Assembly (NCBI GenBank): GCA_023701245.1
Contig: JAMPXK010000006.1
Location: 3,152 to 67,151 of the forward strand
Reading direction: 5' to 3'
Origin: Elusimicrobiales bacterium
GTDB taxonomy: Bacteria > Elusimicrobiota > Elusimicrobia > Elusimicrobiales > UBA9959
Length of the DNA: 64,000 nucleotides
In this document: positions 16,386 through 23,835 of the stretch, piece after piece
Layout of the letters: every line of letters starts with the position of its first letter
Numbering within the stretch: position 1 is the first letter of the stretch
Made by a program: the position numbers and the translations under genes
Notes under the pieces: model-generated
Seen by the model: only the letters and a program-made list of their open reading frames with translations
What the model was told of the DNA's origin: nothing
Database searches by the model: none

Positions 16386-16479
16386 GCCCGGGATATTGCC
16401 CCACGCACCCTGGAAGATGGAAACCCTTGCGTCGGTTTCCCCCCCTTCCGCAAAGGGTGCGCGGGGCAATATCCCGGGC
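16386..16479. repeat. Type-2 nested-hairpin intergenic element (copy D)
   Basis: 25-bp arms with one mismatch (16386-16410 / 16455-16479) enclose GGAAACC[cttgcgtc]GGTTTCC and CCCTT[ccgca]AAGGG hairpins. Lies between the hydA stop and the sensor-kinase start. Confidence 0.88.
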
Positions 16480-16492
16480 ACCCTTCTGCTGT

Positions 16493-18217
16493 CTACGTTA
16501 GGTCCGCCGCCTTGCGCCTGGCGTACTTAGTGTGCAGGAGGTGGTGGCTCTTCTCGCCGAGGGGCTTGCCGAGGAAGTCCTTGTAGAGGGCCTGCACGGC
16601 CTTGTTGGCGTGCGAGGTGCGGATCTTCTCGGAGGCGTCGATATTGTACAGGGCGCGCATGCGCTCGGCTACGGCGGCCTTGTTGCGGGCGAAGGGCTGG
16701 CCGCCGCCGTTGATGCAGCCGCCGGGGCAGGTCATGATCTCTATGAAGTGGAGGTCCTTCCTGCCGTTCTTGATCTCTTCCAGCAGTTTGCGGGCGTTGC
16801 CCAGGCCGCTGACGGCCGCTACCCCGGCTTCCAGGGCGCCGATCTTGAGGCGGGCTTCCTTGATGCCGTTCTGGCCGCGCACGGCTTCCACCTTGAGGGT
16901 GCCCAGTTCCTTGCCGGTGAGCAGGTAATGGGCGGTGCGCAGGGCGGCTTCCATGACGCCGCCGGAGGCGCCGAAGATCTTGCCGGCGGTGCTGCGGTCC
17001 CCGAAGGGCATATCCGGCTCTTCGGGCTGCAGGGTCTTAAGGTCTATGCCGTAAATGCGCAGCAGCTGGGCCAGTTCGCGCGTGGTCACCACCGCGTCGA
17101 TGTCGGGGGTGCCGTCGCGGCCCATCTCGGGGCGGGTCACTTCGAATTTCTTGGCGGTGCAGGGCATGACCGAGACGCTGTACATCCTGGCCGGGTCGAG
17201 CCCCTGCTTTTTGGCGTAGTAGGTCTTGATCATGGCTCCCAGCATCTGCTGCGGGCTCTTGCAGGTGGAGAGGTTGGGCAGCAGTTCGGGATAGAAGGTC
17301 TCCACGAACTTTATCCACCCGGGCGAGCAGGAGGTGAACATGGGCAGCGGGCCGCCGGTCTTTATGCGGTGCGCCAGTTCGCTGGCCTCCTCCATGATGG
17401 TCAGGTCGGCCGCGAAGGAGGTGTCGAAGACGGCCTTGAAGCCCATCTTGCGGAAAGCCGCGGTCATGACGCCGTTGACGTCGGTGCCGGCGGGCAGGCC
17501 GAACTCCTCGGCGAGGGACACGGAGATGGACGGGGCGTGCTGCACCACCACGTGCAGTTTCTTGTCGGAGAGGGCTTCCATGACCGCCTGGATGTCGCTC
17601 TTCTCCATCAGGGCGCCGGTGGGGCAGACGTTGATGCACTGCCCGCAGTTGACGCAGGAGGAGACGTTGAGGCTGGAGTCGAAAGCGCAGCCGATGGAGG
17701 TGTCCGAGCCGCGCTTTACGAAGTCTATGCAGGAGACGCCCTGCACCTCCTCGCAGACGCGCACGCACTTGCCGCAGAGAATGCACTTGTCGGGGTCGCG
17801 GGAGATGGAGGGGCTGGAAATATCCAGGGGCTTCTTCTTCTTGGCCACGGGGAAGCGGCGGCCGGTCACGCCGTAGTCGCGGCTGAGGCGGTTAAGCTCG
17901 CAGGTGGGCTGCTTGGCGCAGTAGAGGCAGTCGTCGGGATGAGAACCCAGCAGCAGTTCCACCACGGTCTTGCGGGCGTTTATGACGCGCGGGCTGTTGG
18001 TGAGGATCTTCATCCCCTCGGCCGCCGGGAAAGAGCAGCTGGGCAGGAGGTTGCCCTGGCCTTCCGCTTCTACCACGCAGATGCGGCAGGCGCCGGAGGG
18101 CAGCATGCCTTCCATGTGGCAGAGGGTGGGCACATGCACGCCTTCGCGGCGCAGCACGGTGAGCAGGGTTTCCCCCGCCTGGGCTTCTACGGTCTTTCCG
18201 TTCACGGTGAGTTTCAT
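16493..18217 (-). CDS. hydA: [FeFe] hydrogenase catalytic subunit (HydA/HndD type, multi-cluster N-terminus)
   Basis: N-terminal 2Fe-2S, HX3CX2CX5C and 2x[4Fe-4S] motifs. H-cluster motifs MPCTAKKFE and EIMTCPGGCINGGGQP are canonical, but motif 1 reads TSCSPGW. Confidence 0.88.
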   Translation of the reverse strand: MKLTVNGKTVEAQAGETLLTVLRREGVHVPTLCHMEGMLPSGACRICVVEAEGQGNLLPSCSFPAAEGMKILTNSPRVINARKTVVELLLGSHPDDCLYCAKQPTCELNRLSRDYGVTGRRFPVAKKKKPLDISSPSISRDPDKCILCGKCVRVCEEVQGVSCIDFVKRGSDTSIGCAFDSSLNVSSCVNCGQCINVCPTGALMEKSDIQAVMEALSDKKLHVVVQHAPSISVSLAEEFGLPAGTDVNGVMTAAFRKMGFKAVFDTSFAADLTIMEEASELAHRIKTGGPLPMFTSCSPGWIKFVETFYPELLPNLSTCKSPQQMLGAMIKTYYAKKQGLDPARMYSVSVMPCTAKKFEVTRPEMGRDGTPDIDAVVTTRELAQLLRIYGIDLKTLQPEEPDMPFGDRSTAGKIFGASGGVMEAALRTAHYLLTGKELGTLKVEAVRGQNGIKEARLKIGALEAGVAAVSGLGNARKLLEEIKNGRKDLHFIEIMTCPGGCINGGGQPFARNKAAVAERMRALYNIDASEKIRTSHANKAVQALYKDFLGKPLGEKSHHLLHTKYARRKAADLT

Positions 18218-18227
18218 GGTGGTATCC

Positions 18228-20189
18228 TCAAGCGGCGCTGACGGCCTTGAATTTGCAGACGGTCCTGCAGGAACCGCAGGAAATGCACTTCTCGGCTATG
18301 ATGTAGTGGGGCACTTTGGGCTTGCCCACTATGGCCTGCGTGGGGCAGCCTTTCATGCAGAGCGTGCAGCCTTTGCACTTTTCCGCGTCTATGGAGAATT
18401 CCAGCATCTCGGTGCAGGCGCCGGCGGGGCACTTGCGCTCGAAGATGTGGGCTTCGTATTCGTCGCGGAACCAGCGCAGGGTGCTGAGCACCGGGTTGGG
18501 GGCGCTCTGCCCCAGGCCGCACAGGCTGGTCTCGCGGATGACCTGGCTCAAGTCCTCCAGGTTCATGATGCCTGAGAAGCGGGCCAGGGCGTCGGCGTCC
18601 TTTTCGCCGCGGCGGTGGCGGGTGATGGCTTTCAGGATCTCCAGCATGCGCAGCGTGCCTTCGCGGCAGGGAATGCACTTGCCGCAGCTCTCGCGCTTTA
18701 TGAAGTCCATGAAGTACTTGGCCACGTCCACCATGCAGGTTGTCTCGTCCATGACCACGAGGCCGCCGGACCCCATCATGGCGCCCACGGTCTTGAGGGA
18801 CTCGTAGTCCACCTGGATGGTCATGTGGCTCTGGGGGATGCAGCCGCCCGACGGGCCGCCTATCTGCACGGCCTTGAACCCCAGGCCGTTCTCTATGCCG
18901 CCGCCTATGTCGAAGACGATCTCTTTGAGCGTGGTGCCCATCGGGATCTCCACCAGACCGGTGCGGTTGACCTTGCCGGAGAGGGCGAAGACCTTGGTGC
19001 CTTTGGACCCCTTGGTGCCGATGGCGGCGAAGGCCGCCGGGCCCTGCGAAATTATCTCGGGGACATTGGCGAAGGTCTCCACGTTGTTGATGACGGTGGG
19101 CTTGCCGAACAGCCCCTTTACCGCCGGGTACGGCGGGCGCGGCTTGGGCATGCCCCGCCGGCCTTCTATGCTGTTCATCAGCGCGGTTTCCTCTCCGCAG
19201 ACGAAGGCGCCCGCGCCCATCTTTATGATGACGTCCAGGTCGAAGCCGCTGCCGTAGATGTTCTCTCCCAGCAGGCCGTAGGCCTTGGCGTCCGCTATGG
19301 CTTTTTTCAGGTTCTTGATGGCCAGCGGGTACTCCGCGCGGATATAGATGTACGCCTTGGAGGCGTGGATGGCGTAGGCGCCGATGGCGATGCCTTCCAG
19401 CACGCGGTGCGGGTCGCCCTCTATGACGGAGCGGTCCATGAAGGCGCCGGGGTCCCCCTCGTCGGCGTTGCAGATGATGTATTTCTGGTCGGCGTCGGAG
19501 GAAAGGGCTATCTTCCATTTCTTGCCGGTCGGGAAACCGCCGCCGCCGCGGCCGCGCAGGCCGCTGGCCTCTATCACGTCGCAGGCCTGGATCGGCGTCA
19601 TGGTGTGGATCACCTTCAGGAAAGCCCCGTAGCCGCCTCGGGCGATATGTTCCTGTATGGAGAGCGGGTCCACTATGCCCACGTGCTTGAGCACGAAGCG
19701 CAGCTGTTTGGCGAAAAAGGGATGGTCGCTGAGCAGCGGGACTTTGGGCCACTTCTTGCCCCCGTCCTCGAATTGGCCGAGCAGGTGCTCCTTGAGAGGG
19801 GCCCTGTCCTTGAAGACGGAATCCAGGAGGGCCGGGGTTATGTCGCCGGTGGCGGCCTGGAAGCCTACCCTCGCGTGGCCCGGCAGCTGTACGTCCAGCA
19901 GGGGCTCGGCGGCGCAGAGGCCGATGCAGCCCACCTCCAGGATATCAGCTTCCAGCTTGTTGTCCTTCAGGTATTTCCTGGCCGCTTCCAGGGTCTTTGC
20001 GGCGCCGGCGGCCAGGCCGCAGGTGCCGGCTCCCACGTAGATTATGGCGCGCTCGGCGCTCTCGCGGCGCAGAGCCGCGGCCTTTTGGGCGTAATCCTCC
20101 GAGCCGAAGGCGCGGGTGAGAAAAGCCTTGCGGGCGGAGGCCGGGATCCCGGCGAGATTGTTGTCTATTAAACCGTTATTTTGCGGCAT
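18228..20189 (-). CDS. hydB: NuoF-like flavoprotein subunit of bifurcating-type hydrogenase (HydB/HndC)
   Basis: 653 aa. GLRGRGGGGFPTGKKW (FMN/NADH site), SCGKCIPCREG (N3-type cluster), C-terminal 2x[4Fe-4S] (CKGCTLCMKGCP, CISCGSCRTVC), N-terminal thioredoxin-like Cys pattern. Confidence 0.88.
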   Translation of the reverse strand: MPQNNGLIDNNLAGIPASARKAFLTRAFGSEDYAQKAAALRRESAERAIIYVGAGTCGLAAGAAKTLEAARKYLKDNKLEADILEVGCIGLCAAEPLLDVQLPGHARVGFQAATGDITPALLDSVFKDRAPLKEHLLGQFEDGGKKWPKVPLLSDHPFFAKQLRFVLKHVGIVDPLSIQEHIARGGYGAFLKVIHTMTPIQACDVIEASGLRGRGGGGFPTGKKWKIALSSDADQKYIICNADEGDPGAFMDRSVIEGDPHRVLEGIAIGAYAIHASKAYIYIRAEYPLAIKNLKKAIADAKAYGLLGENIYGSGFDLDVIIKMGAGAFVCGEETALMNSIEGRRGMPKPRPPYPAVKGLFGKPTVINNVETFANVPEIISQGPAAFAAIGTKGSKGTKVFALSGKVNRTGLVEIPMGTTLKEIVFDIGGGIENGLGFKAVQIGGPSGGCIPQSHMTIQVDYESLKTVGAMMGSGGLVVMDETTCMVDVAKYFMDFIKRESCGKCIPCREGTLRMLEILKAITRHRRGEKDADALARFSGIMNLEDLSQVIRETSLCGLGQSAPNPVLSTLRWFRDEYEAHIFERKCPAGACTEMLEFSIDAEKCKGCTLCMKGCPTQAIVGKPKVPHYIIAEKCISCGSCRTVCKFKAVSAA

Positions 20190-20661
20190 TTGAGTTCTCC
20201 GTTTTCCTGATGTCGTCCACTAGTTTGCGGAGTTTGTCGGGGGTGATCTTGGCGTGGAACTCCCCGTTAAGGCTGATGACCGGGGCCAGGCCGCAGGCGC
20301 CTATGCAGGCCACCACTTCTATGCTGAAAAGCCCGTCGCGGGTGGTGTCCCCCGCTTTAATGCCCAGGACCTCTTCGCACATCTTGAGCACGGCCGCCGA
20401 GCCCTTTACGTGGCAGGCGGTGCCGCGGCAGATCATGATGTGGTACCTGCCCACCGGTTTGAACCTGAACTGGTTGTAGAACGTGGCCACCCCGTAAACC
20501 TTGCTGGCGGGGATATTGAGGTGTTTGGCCACCTTCAGCGCGGCGGGCTTGGAGATGTAGCCGTCCGCGGCCTGGACGTCCTGCAGGATCGGTATCAGCT
20601 TGTCCCTCTTGGCGAAGCTGTAGTTTTCCAGGACCTTGTCCACTTTGCTCGGGGCGCTCAT
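20176..20661 (-). CDS. hydC: NuoE-like [2Fe-2S] subunit (HydC/HndA)
   Basis: 161 aa. Thioredoxin-like ferredoxin pattern CRGTACH...ACIGACGLAP. Overlaps hydB by 14 nt. Confidence 0.88.
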   Translation of the reverse strand: MSAPSKVDKVLENYSFAKRDKLIPILQDVQAADGYISKPAALKVAKHLNIPASKVYGVATFYNQFRFKPVGRYHIMICRGTACHVKGSAAVLKMCEEVLGIKAGDTTRDGLFSIEVVACIGACGLAPVISLNGEFHAKITPDKLRKLVDDIRKTENSNAAK

Positions 20662-20665
20662 GGTG

Positions 20666-21298
20666 TTACTCCTTAAGTTTGCTCTTGCGGGCGAAATACG
20701 CCACTTTTTCTATCGAAAGCGTGATGTCCAGCTGTTCCAGGAAAACGCCCGGCGGCAGTTTCAGCTGTACCGGCGCGAAGTTCACAATGCCGCGGACCCC
20801 GGAACGCACCAGGATGTCTGCCGCCTCCTGCGCGGAGGCGGCGGGCACCGTTATGATGCCTACCGCCGCCTTTTCGCGTGAGACGGTCTTTTCCAGCTGG
20901 CCGATATGGTGCACCTGGCAGCCCGAGTAGACCCGGTCGGTCTTTTCCGGGTCCTGGTCGAAAGCCGCCACTATGCTGAGGTTGGGCCTGCGCTTGAGGA
21001 AGTAGGAAAGTATGGCCTTTCCGAGGTTGCCCACCCCCACCAGCACCATCTTGGTAAGCGACGCGGATTCCAGGTGCGAGTAGAGCTCGGTCATGAACTC
21101 CTTTATGGGATAGCCCCGCTGCGGGGTCCCCTTGAGCTTGAAGTTCATCAGGTCTCGCCGGACCTGCTCCGGCGAAACCCCCACCGCTGCCGCCAGTTCA
21201 TGCGAGAAGACATGCTCAGAACCCGCCTCCAGGCGGTTGTGGAGGAACTGACAGTAGCGGAAGAACCGCTCTACGGTGCGCTGGGGTATCCTTGTCAT
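20666..21298 (-). CDS. rex: Redox-sensing transcriptional repressor Rex
   Basis: 210 aa. N-terminal winged helix (IPQRTVERFFRYCQFL) and Rossmann GVGNLG. Typical Rex length, immediately upstream of hydCBA. Confidence 0.88.
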   Translation of the reverse strand: MTRIPQRTVERFFRYCQFLHNRLEAGSEHVFSHELAAAVGVSPEQVRRDLMNFKLKGTPQRGYPIKEFMTELYSHLESASLTKMVLVGVGNLGKAILSYFLKRRPNLSIVAAFDQDPEKTDRVYSGCQVHHIGQLEKTVSREKAAVGIITVPAASAQEAADILVRSGVRGIVNFAPVQLKLPPGVFLEQLDITLSIEKVAYFARKSKLKE

Positions 21299-21306
21299 AT
21301 CGCTCC

Positions 21307-21723
21307 TTACTTGGTGCGGCCTTCCACGTTGACCTGCTCCTTTTTAAGGGCGAGCAGTTCTTTCACCCTGGCCAGGAACTCTTTGGGCTTTATGGGTTTC
21401 TCCATGAAGGCGTCCACCGGCAGGAACTCCCCGTCCTTTTCCCCGAACTTCTGGGGCGAAGTTTCGTTCACGGAGGTGAGCATCATGATGGGCACGTACT
21501 TCAGGGCCTCGGTGCGGCGGAACTTCTGCGCGGTGGTGAAGCCTTCCGTGGAGTCGTCCATCATGACGTCCAGTATTATCAGGTCCGGCTTTGCCTTGGC
21601 GGCCTTCTCGAACCCTTCCTTGCCGTTGATCGCCGTCACAACGGTGTGACCGGCCCCCTGCAGGACCACTTCGCAGGTGTCCAGGATGTCCTTATCGTCG
21701 TCTATGCAGATTATCTTTGCCAT
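21307..21723 (-). CDS. Single-domain response regulator (REC only), first gene of the rex-hyd transcription unit
   Basis: 138 aa. IICIDDD and LIILDVMM receiver motifs, no output domain. GGAGGAAAGT SD before the ATG. Confidence 0.85.
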   Translation of the reverse strand: MAKIICIDDDKDILDTCEVVLQGAGHTVVTAINGKEGFEKAAKAKPDLIILDVMMDDSTEGFTTAQKFRRTEALKYVPIMMLTSVNETSPQKFGEKDGEFLPVDAFMEKPIKPKEFLARVKELLALKKEQVNVEGRTK

Positions 21724-21752
21724 ACTTTCCTCCGGGTCTTAGCGTTTGAAGT

Positions 21753-21806
21753 GTAACGTTTACTGCCGCATCGTTATTTAATAACGTTAATTAAGTAACG
21801 TTGACT
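21753..21806. promoter_or_regulatory. Candidate operator array: three TAACGTT motifs and a 15-nt palindrome in the leader of the REC-rex-hyd operon
   Basis: AACGTT at 21755-60, 21783-88 and 21797-802. Palindrome CGTTATTTAATAACG at 21772-21786. The region is a sharp low-GC island. Confidence 0.35.
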
Positions 21807-21814
21807 ACAGAAAT

Positions 21815-21843
21815 AGTATACGTCATCGTTTGTATTTTGTCAA
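21815..21843 (-). promoter_or_regulatory. Sigma-70-type promoter for the REC-rex-hydCBA unit
   Basis: Minus strand reads TTGACA (21843-21838), 17 nt, TATACT (21820-21815). It lies about 90 nt upstream of ATG 21723. Confidence 0.55.
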
Positions 21844-22009
21844 TACCTATTTTAAAGCGTGGATTTAACGTCGGGAGAGCATCGTTAACGGTCCGTTACA
21901 CAGTGCCGGAAAGACGCGGGCGGAGCTTGGCCGGCGGCCGCGCGCGCCGCCTCCCCCGGCCGGGCTTGGTAACGCTGCCCGCCTTCCCCCCCCAGGGCCC
22001 CGGGGCGGT

Positions 22010-22040
22010 AAAAAAACGGCCCTTCCGCTGGGAAGGGCCG
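22010..22040 (-). terminator. Rho-independent terminator after the 22065-24348 gene pair
   Basis: Minus strand: CGGCCCTTCC-cagc-GGAAGGGCCG followed by TTTTTTT. Confidence 0.75.
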
Positions 22041-22064
22041 TCTATTCTGGCGGTCTGGAGGGCG

Positions 22065-23834
22065 CTACAGTTTGAACTTTGGCAGTTTCAGTTTGCCCGG
22101 GGCGGCCGTCTGTTTCAGTTTTTTCTCCAGGTCGCCGGTAAAGCCTCCCAGGGACTTTTCCCCGGCGCCCAGCTTTTCCTTCAGCTCGGCTTCCTTGCCG
22201 CTCGTCAGGGCGTCCAGTTTCTTCTTGTACGGTTCCAGGGCCGCGTCCACCTTCTTGGCGGCCTCGTCCTGCGCTTTTTTCAGCTCGGCCCCCAGGGCCT
22301 TCGAGAAACCCGCGGAGAGCGCGGCCGCCAGGTCCGTCTCTACCGAGAACTTCGGCTCTCCGACGGTGCCAGAGAGGTCGGACCAGATGGCCGCCGAATT
22401 GAGGCCGCTGAAGGAGCCCAGCAGCGCGGTCCTCACCTGGGGCGTCTTTACGGAATCCGCCCTGGGGGCGAAGGAGGCCCCGGCGATATTAAAAGCCGCG
22501 CGGCCGGAGAGCTTCTCCCCTTGCGTGGCGAATTTTCCGTCGAAGTTGCCGGTCCCGCCGACTGTCACGGAGATGGAACTGTCCGACCCCAGCTTAAGGT
22601 CCTTTACCTGCATCCCGGAATAGACGGCCAGCACCCGCGTCTTTACGGTCTCGCCGGTGGCGTCGGCCAGGGCGTTGACCTCCAGCCTGCGCGGGCCCCT
22701 GGCGCCTTTGATCTCGGCTACCAGCGGCCGCCCGTAGACCTTGGGCTGCGTGGTAATGCCCTCTACGCGGCCGGCGTACTCCAGCGGTTCCTCGAGGCCC
22801 AGCTCCCCGGAGAGCGCCAGCTCCCTTATAAGGAAAGAGGGCCAGGACTTCTCCCTGGGGAAGTGCACCACCCGGCCGCGGGCGGCTTCGCGGGCCAGGG
22901 TTTTGGCCGTGGCGCTCTGGGGCATGTAGCGGCGGGCGATAGCCAGCCACTTCAAACCTTTTTGGGTCTTTTCGGCTATGGCCGGGCCCGCCAGCATCTT
23001 GGCGAGGGACTCTTTGTCCAGGGACGGCAGTTTCATCCTGCCCATCACGGCGGCCGTATCTTTGCGGCGGGCCTCCTCCACGGCTTTCATGCCCGCCCTG
23101 GCTTCCGCCAGTTTGGTTTCCAGCTCGGCCTTATCCTTCTTGAAGTCCGCGGAAAGCTTCTTAAGTTCTTTGCCGGCCGCCGCGTAATCCTTGGCCTGCT
23201 TGGCGAAATTGGTCTCCGCCCTGGCCTTCTCGTAATCCGCCTTCAGGGCGTCCATGCGGGCCTGGTAGCGCTGGAAATCGGCTTTCTCGAAGAGCTTTTT
23301 ATAGTCCTCCTCGTATTTCTTTTCCAGCTCCCGGGCCAGCCTTACGGATTCCAGCGAGTCCGCGTCCACTTTGTAGGCGGCCATCGCGTCGGATTTGACG
23401 TCGGCCGCACGGTCCAGCGCGAAATCCCGGGAAGACGCTTTCATTTCCCTGGTAAAGGCGGACTCTTCTTCCTTGACGAAAGGCAGGCGCGCGGAGGTCT
23501 TGCGCGGGGTGCCGAATTTGAGGCCGGCCAGGGAGGCTTTATCCACCACGATCTTTTTTTCGAGCAGCGGCCGCCCTTCCATCCTGAACTCCAGCAGGGA
23601 GAATTCGCAGAGGTTGGAGAACTCCGCATTGGCGTCGCCCACGCTCACCTCGCGTACGGCCATGGAAGGCGGCAGCAGGGTGGTTTTCACGGAGGCGATC
23701 TCGGCCCTGGCCCCGGCGGCCTTCTCCAGGCCCTTTACCAGGCCCCACTTCAGCAGGGGGTCGAAAGCGAAGAAAAAGAAGGCCCAGACCAGCAGCAGCA
23801 GGACAAGGCGGGGCGCGATGTAGGACCAGCGCAT
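22065..23834 (-). CDS. Membrane-anchored coiled-coil protein, TIGR03545-like (uncharacterised family)
   Basis: 589 aa. N-terminal TM helix (LVLLLLVWAFFFFAF), central Lys/Glu/Ala coiled coil, paired with a DUF2062-like gene. Family assignment is from memory and needs HMM confirmation. Confidence 0.55.
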   Translation of the reverse strand: MRWSYIAPRLVLLLLVWAFFFFAFDPLLKWGLVKGLEKAAGARAEIASVKTTLLPPSMAVREVSVGDANAEFSNLCEFSLLEFRMEGRPLLEKKIVVDKASLAGLKFGTPRKTSARLPFVKEEESAFTREMKASSRDFALDRAADVKSDAMAAYKVDADSLESVRLARELEKKYEEDYKKLFEKADFQRYQARMDALKADYEKARAETNFAKQAKDYAAAGKELKKLSADFKKDKAELETKLAEARAGMKAVEEARRKDTAAVMGRMKLPSLDKESLAKMLAGPAIAEKTQKGLKWLAIARRYMPQSATAKTLAREAARGRVVHFPREKSWPSFLIRELALSGELGLEEPLEYAGRVEGITTQPKVYGRPLVAEIKGARGPRRLEVNALADATGETVKTRVLAVYSGMQVKDLKLGSDSSISVTVGGTGNFDGKFATQGEKLSGRAAFNIAGASFAPRADSVKTPQVRTALLGSFSGLNSAAIWSDLSGTVGEPKFSVETDLAAALSAGFSKALGAELKKAQDEAAKKVDAALEPYKKKLDALTSGKEAELKEKLGAGEKSLGGFTGDLEKKLKQTAAPGKLKLPKFKL

Positions 23835-23835
23835 A

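Noticed and set aside
21724-21900. A canonical Rex operator (TTGTGAA-N6-TTCACAA) upstream of the rex-hyd operon, and also in the lysine-fermentation promoter region 3283-3369.
   Set aside because: No match with both half-sites was found. There is only a lone TTTAACAA half-site-like string at 3319-3326 and the TAACG-type palindromes reported as a finding. I therefore do not call a Rex box.
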